NCBI GenBank assembly: GCA_033442325.1
Contig: JAWQFM010000028.1
Coordinates: 401,870-432,314, forward strand
Direction of reading: 5' to 3'
DNA length: 30,445 nt
Origin: Salpingoeca rosetta
Taxonomy: Eukaryota > Protista > Choanoflagellata
Numbering within the stretch: position 1 is the stretch's first letter; every line of letters begins with the position of its first letter. Position numbers and translations under genes: made by a program. Shown piece after piece: positions 1 to 15,785 of this stretch. The notes below the pieces were generated by a model that ran no database searches, had not been told where the DNA came from, and worked only from the letters and a program-made list of their open reading frames with translations.

Positions 1-304
1 GGTGTTTTATCATGTGACTTGCCCCATGTCCCGTATCAGAGCATCTGTGATTGTGTGCCTACTTTGTGCGCTTGTGATAGTGTGTGTGTGTGTTGTGTGT
101 TGTGTGTCGCAAGGTGGCTGCAATACACGTACACATGTACGCACACATGTACGCACACACATGTACGCACACATGTACACACACACACATGCACTTTCAT
201 GCACATACATGCACACACGCATGCACGCACGCATGCACCGCCACTGGCATGCAATGACTCACAAGCTCGTGTGTTCTTCTTGCTTTGCGTTTTTGCTGGG
301 CCAG

Positions 305-2060
305 CCTCTGGCTTTGAAGACATCAGCACGGACGAATACGAGGGGTGGATCCAATACCAAATGATGGTGTGCATTCACAATTACTTCAATCGCAAGAAGC
401 TGCACAGCCGCATGATGGTCATCGCCAACGCGCCTGTTTCGAACACGGAGCAGTACAAGATTGACGCTGCGTTTCGTCCGACCGTGTGCGAGCTGCACCA
501 CAGCTTTCTGCCTCTTATCATTGAGGTAATGATTGACGTGTGCACCTCTGACTTTTATTGCAATTGCTTGTGCACCAGCCACCACACGATACACACACAC
601 ACGCGCACACAGACGCGCAGACGCAAACACACACACACACACGGAAACACAAATCCTGCTTGCTCACTGCTGCGTCCACCTTGTGTGCATGTTACAGTTC
701 GAGCAGCAGCGTGCACACCGAGCGGCAGCAAAGGAGCAATTGCGTGAATACGCATTGCACGCTATCAAGTGCGTTCCCCACTGGGAGTCTGTGATCAAGG
801 GGCTGATGTACCCCATTGGCATCGCTGTGGCCGGGAACTGTGTTGACGTGTATGGTTTCGTCCTTGGACACAAGACGTTCGCTGGTGGCCAGAAGATGCC
901 AGTCATCAACACCATCACCCTAACATCCACCACGGTGCACCTCTGCTAGCATATGTTGTTGTTGTTGTTGTTTTCCTCTTGTTGTGATGGCTTGCTCCTC
1001 TTGCCCCTGACATGCTGCTCTCCTCGTGCGCTGTGGTGTCCCTTTGCTCTGTTTGTGGCGGCCACATGCTCTCACACACGCTCATGTGTCGCATATCTCC
1101 ACACGCCTGCTCTCGTGCTTCCTGCGTTGTTGCGGTGTCAGCTGTCCAAGTTCTCCCGTGTGCTGGATGTGCTCTTGTCTGAGCCCCTGCTGGCCTACTA
1201 CGACTCGCTCTACGCTCGATGCTTTGGAGCCCCTGCCACCACCTCTCCGCCACCGCTGCCATCTCCCCAGTGCGATATCCCACCTGCTCTTGTTGAGCGC
1301 ATTCGCTTGAGCGGCGATTGCCCCGAGGAACCACAGCAGCCACAGCACCAGCAGCCACAGCAGCACCAGCAGCACCAGCAACTACAGCAGCAGCAGCAGC
1401 CACAGCACCATCAGCAGCAGAAAGACGAGGTCGTCTTGGCCAACATGCGCGTGTTCTTCGAGTTTGAAGAACTAGCGGCAGATGTGAAGATTATTGACGA
1501 CACTGTGGTGAAGCGTGTGCCTGACGACCAGAACATCGACCGTATTCGTCTTATGTGGCGCATCCTGCACCCACGTCACCCGATTCGCGTCATCAACAGC
1601 AACACCATCGTCATGCCCTTCCTCGGCAGCGGCAAGTTCACCACGCCAGAGCAGCTGTTGTGCGTGGCAGAGCAGCTCCTGCGGTTGTGTTTCCACTCAC
1701 TTCCCCACGCCGACGTCAGGAAGGAGAACATCGCAGTGAGGAACGCTGAAGTCGCGTTCCTCATTGATGTGGAGAATTTTGGAACGCACACGCCGGACGG
1801 GTTCAACTGTTGTCTGCTGGAACGCCATCCTGACTTGTTTTGTCGCTCGGGCGAGGACCGGCTGCCGTTCAAAAGCATCCACGACTTTTACTCACTGGCC
1901 ATGGCATGGGCTCGCCCCGACTTTGGCGAGAGGTTTGATGTCCTGAGAACGTGTGATCGGTTTGAGAATGCGTGCCGGCGACTTGTTGAGTGGCTGCAGC
2001 AGAAGAAGCGTGACATGGCGCATAAGGGCGGTGGAAACGCTGACGACGGTGACCACGGAC

Positions 2061-2100
<40 letters not shown>

Positions 2101-2168
2101 GGAGGAGGAGGAGGAGGAGCAGCAGCAGCAGCAGGAGCAGGAGGGGGAGGAGGAAGGCTGTGAGGTGG
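305..2168 (+). CDS. Partial multi-exon gene: PD-(D/E)xK (REase-fold)-like domain + polyQ linker + atypical protein kinase + acidic tail (Crinkler/CR-effector-like). Exons 305-525, 698-934, 1142->2168; 5' end outside window, 3' end in N gap
   Basis: GT-AG introns 526-697 and 935-1141 (both phase 0) join ORF-track frames 19, 533 and 953. Spliced: KIDAAFRP..LPLIIE|FEQQRAHRAAAKEQLREY (D...ExE, QxxxY). Kinase motifs: VVKR, MPFL, HADVRKENI (1706-1732), LIDVE, RHPD, HDFYSL. Confidence 0.75.
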
Positions 2169-2484
2169 NNNNNNNNNNNNNNNNNNNNNNNNNNNNNNNN
2201 NNNNNNNNNNNNNNNNNNNNNNNNNNNNNNNNNNNNNNNNNNNNNNNNNNNNNNNNNNNNNNNNNNNNNNNNNNNNNNNNNNNNNNNNNNNNNNNNNNNN
2301 NNNNNNNNNNNNNNNNNNNNNNNNNNNNNNNNNNNNNNNNNNNNNNNNNNNNNNNNNNNNNNNNNNNNNNNNNNNNNNNNNNNNNNNNNNNNNNNNNNNN
2401 NNNNNNNNNNNNNNNNNNNNNNNNNNNNNNNNNNNNNNNNNNNNNNNNNNNNNNNNNNNNNNNNNNNNNNNNNNNNNNNNNNNN
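2169..2484. other. Assembly gap (316 N)
   Basis: Run of N directly after the (GAT)n/(GAG)n acidic tract. Confidence 1.
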
Positions 2485-3003
2485 GACATATGACATGACA
2501 TGACGTGACGCGCCATAACTTCCTTGATCGAAAAGTCTGGATCCTGTGCAGTGTGTTTGGAGATGAAAGACACATTGGTGCCGAAAGGGGGTTAGATGTT
2601 TGGAATGGGCGACTTGTAGTGGACTTGCACGAGTGGTGTGAACTCATGTCACAGATGCGGAGTGGGGGGAGGCGTGTGTGGTCGCGTTTGCCGCGTGTGT
2701 GCGGTTTGTGTTGTTTATGTCGGTTCTCAAGACGGGCACGGACAAGCAAACGAAGGAAGCAAAACGGCAGACTCATGAAGCACACTTAAGATCGGTGAAA
2801 CGAAAAAGAAGGCAGTCATCATCCACTCACTCATACACATAAGCAACCAAGCCACCAAGCAAGCCACCACGCAAGCCACCAAGCAAGCAATCAGCCATCA
2901 ATTACCACTTGAGCAAGCAATATATCGCACCATCACCAAATCATGAGCACATTGTGCCACCATGCCAGCTTCGTCACGCCGTCCACCGCGGCTGCCGCCC
3001 CCA

Positions 3004-6000
3004 TCAGGAGAAGAGGCCACTGCACCACTGGCGCCCAAAGGTGAAGCAGATGCACACGCCGAGGATCAGGCCTGCAAGAGACGGGTCCACGCCACTTCCC
3101 TGGACAGCCAGGTCGCTTGCCTTGACAAACCCGTCAAGCACGCGCTGGGCTTTCGCGCGACGCCGACGCCGCTCTGCCTGCGCGCATGCAACAGAGGAGA
3201 ACAGGTGCCGCAGCGTATTGGAGTGAGGGAGTGAGTGGTTGAGTGTGGGCGTGATGTTACATGCGCGATTGGCGCTCTGAGTAAAGGGGTATAGCTGCGA
3301 GGTACACGTACAACGGCAGCACACAACACACAAGCACGCAACACACAAGCACACAATACACAAGCACGCGAGCAACCAACACGCGCACGTACGCACACAC
3401 ACACACACACAAGCATGCACACACACACACACATACATAGCATTGTGCTCAACATTCATACACAAACACGCAACACATGAGTTCTCACACTCATGCTCAC
3501 CTCCTCCACTTCCTCGGCGATGGGCTGGCCGTTGCAGTTGTAGCAGACGGGTCCGTTCAACTCGGCCTCCTCGTCACTGCAAGCAAGAGAAACACAGTGC
3601 CCCACACCATCACACAGCACACCCATGAGCGTTCATCTACGCAAGTCGTTACATCGGCAACTGCACACACATGTGCACGTCAATCACGCGCACACACACA
3701 CTACAAACGCACGCGCACACACACACTACAAACGCAATCACGCACACACACACACACACGCACACACTACAAACGCAATGACACACACGCACACGCACAA
3801 TATTGAACTATAGAATCACACAATCACACAGCCGAGTGCATGTTCACTTACGATGAGATGGTGCTGCTTGCAACACCATCACCGCCATTGCCACCAACGC
3901 CGTCGCCGTCGTCATCACCACTCGCCCACGCCTGCAAGAGCACAGGGCTGCCATTCTCGTCGCTGCTTTTGTCAGCATCATATCTGCCAACGCCGCCACC
4001 TTGGTCGAGCGACCACTGAGGCAGGTCGCCCCACTCCACCATGCCCTCCTGTGAGCGCGTGCTGTTGTTGCGGCGACGCTGAAACTGCTGCTGCTGCTGT
4101 GCTGTAACCTCCGTCACTGATGGCGGTGGTGCAGCCATGTAGTCTGTGGGCAGCGCAAACCAGCGCAGCTTCTGCATGCTTCACCAGCGCAGCTTCTGCA
4201 TGCTTCTGCTCAGCACGACCTTCTGCGGGGGATTGGCGCGGCGGTCCCGTGCGCGGGCCTCCTCAATGGCCGCCCACGCCTCGTCCAGCAGGCGGCGGTA
4301 AGCGGCCCTGTCCAGTTGCGTGTAGGTGTCCTTGGATGGCAGCACAACATCCGCTGTTGTTGCGTTGTGGTTGCTTGCGCGCCTGGCACTGTCCTTGTGC
4401 TTCGTCAACTGCAGATCCCTGAGTCGCACAACGGGCGGTGGCGACTCAACTACGCGCCTGTGCTGCCACAGCCCCGTCTTGGCGTTGAACACGTACTCCG
4501 GAAGCAGTTTCCACCCGTGATCAGCAATCATCGTCACTGCATCAATAATGTAGCTTCGCGCATCCGCGTCCAAAAAGTAGGGGAAGTTCAGCCGCGTCCT
4601 GTGTGTGTGTGTTGGGGGGGGAAGAAAAAAGGGGAAGTGAGGGAGAGGGAGGGAGAGGGAGCGGCATGCGCACACACATGCACAGCACACAATTGAGCAC
4701 GCCCGCGCATGCATACGCGCACACACGCACACATGTGTACACACAACTACGCATGCATATGCACACACATGCACGCGCGCGCACACATGCACACACAACA
4801 CTGCTGCTGACCATCCTGGCTTGATGCCCTCGTAGCCCTTGGCCACCTCCTTTGCAAACGCCTCTGATTCGTGCTGCGTTACGTGGAGCAGGCGGTGCCC
4901 ATACGGACCCGCACATGAGCACCCTGCAGGTTCACACGAGTCGGGTTGGTTGGTTGATGCAGAGCGCGGCAAACAAGGCGTGGGAGTGAGCACAGTACAG
5001 ATGTTGTTGTTTGAGGGTATGTGTGTGTGTGTGTGTGGGGAGGGGTTGTTGTTGGATGCAACAGGAGACTATGAATTGCTGTCCACATGTGGCATTAGGA
5101 AGACATGACAAACACATACATACAGATGACACATGTAAACATATAACATATTACATACACATGCATACACATGCACACACACACGTGCACACACATGCAA
5201 ACGACACATACATACACAAATACACGAACATATACACGCAAACACACGCACCTCCACGGGATTGGATGCCAAAGAGGTCGTTGAGCAAGGCCACGACAAA
5301 GTTGTGGTGCAGGAACTTGTCGCCTACGCGAATGACAAAGCTGGTGATGGTCAACTTGGGCAGCTGCTGGCGACCCAGGAGAAGAATGTTCTTGTTCTTG
5401 CACCAAACCTGCAGCGTTGCATTGGTGCGGGGGAGGGTGGGGGGGGGGGGTTGAACAGACACGTGATTGATGCGATGAGACATGACACGCAACGCACGCA
5501 CGCGCACGCACAGAGACACGCAAGCATCTGAGCAAACAAAACAAAATACAGACACAGACTAGGCACGCACGCTCACACACCAACAAAAACACATCACGCA
5601 CGTTGAGGGCGGCGCGAAGGGAGTTCATCTCCAGGGCGTGGATGTTGTGCACGCCAATGTCCATCTTCAGCTTGAAGACGAGCCCGCAGCGGATGGAGCC
5701 GACAATGTCTGGTGTGCCGCCCTCCTCGCGCGTCTCAATGTCCGCCTTGTACTTGTGGCGCGTGGGCGACACAAACTCCACCGTGCCACCGCCGGGGTGG
5801 ACTGGCGATGCGTTGTGAAACAGTTCGCTGCGCGCCACCAGCACGCCAGGCGTGCCCGGCCCACCGACAAACTTGTGCGGGGAGATGAAGACGGCATCAA
5901 GGTACGCGTCCTTGTCGGGATAGCGACTCAGCTGCATGTCAATGTCGACGTACGGTGCAGCTGCCGCGTAGTCGAAGAAGGCAAGGGCGCCGTGGCGGTG

Positions 6001-7421
6001 CAGGGCCATGGCAAGCGCGGGCACATCCGTCAGCACGCCCGTGACGTTGGAGCCGGCAGAGAAGCTGCCAATCTTGAGCGGCCTGTTCTTGTAGCGCTTG
6101 AGCATGGTCTCCAGCACGCCAATGTCGATGCGGCCATCGGCGCGGGCGGGGATGGTGATGACGGTGGCCAGCGTTTCGCGCCAGCTCACCTCGTTGCTGT
6201 GGTGCTCGTACGGCCCAATGAACACCACGGGCCACTTCTTGTCTGGAATGGACTGCGAGAGGCCGTATTTCTCGAGCACGTCGTGCGGGACGGCCATCTC
6301 CAGCACGCCAATCATCTCAGCAATGGCGGCGGTGGACCCGGACCCCGTGAACAGCACCACGTGCTCGCCGCGGATGCCCCCGCACGCCTGGCGCACAATG
6401 TCGCGCGCCTCCTCACGGAACTCCGTTGTCTGCAGGCCCGTGGCGGATGCTTCCGTGTGCGTGTTTGCGTACGTCGGCAGCACCACGGTGCGAATAAAGT
6501 CCTCGATGAACGACACGGCCCGCCCACTCGCCGTGTAGTCTTGACATGTGTGTGCGTGTGTGTGTGTGTGTGCGTGTGTGTGTGTGTGTGCGAGAGTGAG
6601 TGTGTGTGTGAGTGAGTGTGTGGGTGAGCGAGTGTGTGTGTGTGTGTGGGTGAGAGAGAGAGAGAGTGTGTGTGTGTGTGTGGGTGGGTGGGTGAGAGAG
6701 TGAGTGTGTGAGCGTGGGCGGGAGCATACCTTAGTGTGTGTGTGTGAGTGTGTGTGTGTGTGTGCGAGAGTGAGTGTGAGTGAGTGAGTGAATGCGTTTT
6801 GGGTGGAATCACGATGCAGCGATCGCGAATGCCGCTGGTTGTTACCTGCATAGACGATGGGCTTGCTGCCAAAAGGGCCTGAAAACGATTCAACGAAAAG
6901 GATTGAGCACGAGCGCCATTGACAAGGTGAGGGCCAACCAACCAACCAACCAAGCAAGCAAGCAAACAAATACGTACCGTGAGTGAAGGTAGCAACACAA
7001 GCGCGCACATACACATACACACACGTGCACATACACATACACACACACACTCATTCAAACCTGAAAGCGATGTTTGGGAACCAATGACGGCTTGGCGGAC
7101 CCGTGCAACCTTCGCCATGGTCTCAGCGTCCAGCTTCTCGCCCTCGCCATCTTTGGTGCCGTGTGCCACCGCTGCTGCCTCATCGCCCTGCTTCCCTGTT
7201 TCCTTCAGCACATGTCGACCGACAACCACGTCATCGGGCAGGGCGGGCTGCTCCAACTCGCAATCGGATCGCGCGGTGATGTGGTGCGCATGATGATGAT
7301 GATGGTGGTGGTGGTGGTCTTCGGCGTAGCTGCTGTGATCGTGGCTGCCGTTGCCCGTCGTGGTGGAGGAGCTGCCGCCTCCAGCATCTGTTGCGTCTGT
7401 CGCGCCTGTTGTGCCACCCAT
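3004..7421 (-). CDS. Aminotransferase class V / cysteine desulfurase-like PLP enzyme (DYTASGR subfamily). Exons 7421-7061, 6878-6846, 6539-5602, 5408-5252, 4923-4812, 4598-3852, 3576-3501, 3177-3004; internal TGA at 4183-4181
   Basis: Spliced motifs GPFGSKPIVYA|DYTASGR, YANTHT, EHHSN, SAGSNVTG, DYAAAAPY, SPHKFVGGPG (PLP lysine), EEGGTP, LNDLFGIQSRG|GCSCAGPYG (catalytic Cys), KPGW|TRLNF, LRWFALP. All intron phases are consistent (2598 nt). The last two exons are less certain. Confidence 0.88.
4159..4206. repeat. Perfect 2 x 24-nt tandem duplication inside a coding exon
   Basis: accagcgcagcttctgcatgcttc at 4159-4182 and 4183-4206; on the minus strand the junction reads TGG TGA AGC. Confidence 0.97.
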
Positions 7422-7447
7422 GGTTGTTCTGCTTGCCTGTTCTTGCT

Positions 7448-7489
7448 CGTTGCTTCGTTGCTTCGTTGCTTCGTTGCTTCGTTGCTTCG
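7448..7489. repeat. 8-bp tandem repeat (cgttgctt)x5 just upstream of the desulfurase ATG
   Basis: Seen directly. Confidence 0.9.
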
Positions 7490-7927
7490 GCTTGGGGGAA
7501 TTGGGTACAAGCAGCAACCAGAACGAGGCTGTCCTCGCTTGGTCAGCCAACCACTCAGGACATTCTCTTGACTGGTTTGTTGCGTCATCGCCTTCTTTGC
7601 TGTTGGGGGCGTTTTCGTTCTGGTCGTGAATTGCGCAATGCGGTCTCTGGTTTTGCGCTGCCGCGAACGTTTTGGTGCTGCGACACAACATGCTATCGCG
7701 GACTGTGTTGGTGTGTTGTGTCTTTTTGGTCGCTTGGTTGGTTGGTTGGTTGGACATCAGTGCAGCAGAGGAAGACACACACAGGGCAAGCAGATTGACA
7801 CACAGGCCACACACGAAGACACACTAAGATGCAATGCAGCAAGACATGACATCACAAACACACGCACGCATCACATCACATCACAAACACACACAAACAC
7901 ACACGTCACAAAACGCAGCCATCCCTC

Positions 7928-9156
7928 TCAAGGGAGATGTGGCTGGGACAAGAACGCGCGCCATTCCACGGGGTTGATGAGCTCTATCTCGTAGAGCAGG
8001 ATGGCAACGTCGTCCCACTCTGTCGGGCGGTTCTCGTGCATGCCGGCTACCACGTCCCGCACTTCGTCAGGGCTGAGTGCCATGTGCTCCGGCACACCTT
8101 CAAAGAACGCCTGCGCACGCTGCAGGTCTGTGGCGGCGGGGTCGAGTGGCGGCATGCTGTCCATGCGGGCGCGATACGCCTTGAGTTGGTGGTCGTGCGG
8201 CTCTTCCCCAAAGTACTTGCCGTACGCCGTTAGGCCGTGCTCGTTGCGCCAGAAAGGGTTGTTGCCGAGGTCGATGAGATGGTTCATGACATCGCGGAGG
8301 CGAGCAACGCCAGCATAGTGGATGGGAAGGTTGCCGCCGTCCGTGCGAAGGTTCACTTCAGCACCCCGTCTAGCGAGCAGGCTGATGATGCTGATGGCGT
8401 CCCCCGTCGTGTTCATGGCAGCATAGTGCATGGCGGTTGCGTCGTTGTTCTTGCGCCTGTTCACGTACTGCGTGATCTGCTCGGGCGTGAAGTTCAGGTG
8501 CCGCAGACCGTCCAAGATGAGCTCCACCATGGTCAGCGAATTCTGGCAGGCATAGTGCAGCGGTGTCATCTCAACGGCAGAGACGGTCAGCAGGAGCTGC
8601 GGATGGCGCTCCAGGATCACGCGAGCAACCTCAACAAACCCAAAGTTGCACGCATACTGCAAGGGATTGATGCCGCCCGAGAAGGAGGCAATGCGAGGGT
8701 CAGCGCCAGCGTCGAGCAGCGCTTTGACAACCTTGACAACCCGATCCTCGGCCCACTCCTCTGGCCACTTCATCAATGCCACGCGAAGTGGCGTGTGGCC
8801 CTTCTCCGTCACCGTGTCGACCTCACTCGGATACTCGCGGATCAGGGACAACACAACATTGAGCGGCTGGTTCTCGATGATGGCGTTGGAAATGGGGTTG
8901 GGCGGAACTGCCTGTGTGTGAGTGAGTGTGGGTGCGTGTGTGTGGGGGGGGGGGAGAGGGTGCAGATGTGTGAGTTAGTGAGTGAGTGTGTGCGTGTGAG
9001 AGTGAGTGAGTGAGTGAGTGAGTGAGTGAGTGAGTGAGTGAGTGAGTGAGTGAGTGAGTGAGTGAGTGAGTGAGTGAAGCGGCGTCAGCAACACCCACCA
9101 CAGAAGTGAATACGAAAGAAAGGTGTGAGCAAGAGTGGGTCAAGACTTGGGGGTTC

Positions 9157-9234
<78 letters not shown>

Positions 9235-9313
9235 CACAAAAGAGCGCGCACACACACATACGCACAGGTGGTGGATCTCGCCAATTGAAGTCCAAGCGCC
9301 GACGGCGACTCAT
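7928..9313 (-). CDS. Ankyrin-repeat protein (about 343 aa). Exons 9313-9266, 8911-7928; possible extension by in-frame exon 9520-9506 and acceptor at 9337
   Basis: Ankyrin motifs GHTPLRVA, GINPLQYAC, MTPLHYAC, ATAMHYAA, GNLPIHYA, GLTAY; phase-0 intron CCT|gtgcgt...cacag|GCA. Confidence 0.88.
9001..9076. repeat. (TGAG)n tetranucleotide microsatellite in the ankyrin-gene intron
   Basis: Seen directly. Confidence 0.95.
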
Positions 9314-9555
9314 GGTAGCACGGGGAGAGCGAGAGATCTGTTGTTTCATTCATGCGCCATGTCGTGCGGACAGGGCATTGTGCTATTGTGAGTATCGCAG
9401 GTCAAGGCGTTTGTGTCGGCTCTGGCTGTACCCCAAGAAGATCGCTGGCATCCCTGCACTTGTTCGTGTGCCACACTCAAGTCATCGAGCCAGTGGGTCA
9501 CTCACGCCCGCAAACGTCATGCATGGTCTTCTCCAACAGCAGCAACACCAGCAGG

Positions 9556-9617
<62 letters not shown>

Positions 9618-10111
9618 CATCCCAATGCACACTCACTGAAAAACAAACAAAGGAAAAGTGATGTTGTGGACAGCGTTTTGGGGTTTTGCGGGGACAAGCT
9701 GTGAGCGCGCCATGACACACCACAACACATGGCGGACTCGTGACACATCATGTCACAGACACATCACACGAAAAAGTTGTGTGTCTCAACGCATCGCGCT
9801 CTCCCTCATGACATGAGTGTACTGCATTCGTGTGCGCACATCATGCACATGTGTCGTGGGAGATCGTTTATGTGCACGTACTACGCAAAGGAAGATGGAC
9901 AGGTAAGGAGAATTGACAAGGTGAGGGCAATACATACTGCATGTACACCACACACACACACACACATGGATTCATCGTGTCACATACGGCAAGGTCGCTT
10001 ACAACAACACGCACAAGCGTTCGCATACGTCATGAAAACAAAGAGTCGTTGCGTTCACAGGAAACATGCGCACACTCACACGCACGCACGTACAGGCAAC
10101 AAGGGAACAGG

Positions 10112-15111
<5,000 letters not shown>

Positions 15112-15410
15112 GCAAGAAAGTCAATCGGCGTTGCCAAATGCCACGCAAAAGAGCTCACTCATCCACGGCGGGCAGTTATATCTCGATCTGATGTCACAGA
15201 AGAGGCGGTTCGTTTGAAAAAGGGAAGAAGCGAGTGTTTCGAAAGCCTGAACGCAATCATCCTGCCATTCGCGCATATGCACACACACACACACGAATGC
15301 CATGAGCAGCAAGATCCCACGCTCACGCGATCCGCGAATGTGAGGCCGAGATCAAAGGCGGCAAGGCCTCGTGCACATCCCCCACCGCCCACAAACAAAC
15401 CCCCAGTGCA

Positions 15411-15512
<102 letters not shown>

Positions 15513-15785
15513 CCTTGCTTCCCACACCATCAAACGTCGTTCCGCCGTTGCTCATCGTCCTTCGTGTTGGCAAAAGTAAGTAATTATTCCTCTCTCCCAT
15601 GATGATTCCATGCACAAATATTGTGCCCTGACGGCCTCGTGCATCCAAGCGTGTGTCAAACAATCAGCAACGCCCCCTTTCAGTTCGTCACATGCATCAC
15701 ACACTAGCCTCCCACATCACTACATCATTCCAAGCAAGCCAGCTGGACAAATCCAGCAGTGACAGCAACAGAGTGCTTCAGCGTG

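Noticed and set aside
3848-4177. Separate 109-aa gene starting MQKLRW
   Set aside because: Same frame as, and continuation of, the desulfurase exon; its apparent TAA stop lies within a GTAAGT donor
4181-4183. In-frame TGA as selenocysteine in a NifS/Sec-lyase-like enzyme
   Set aside because: The TGA is simply the junction of a perfect duplication, is not at the catalytic Cys (GCSCA is intact), and I could not identify a SECIS
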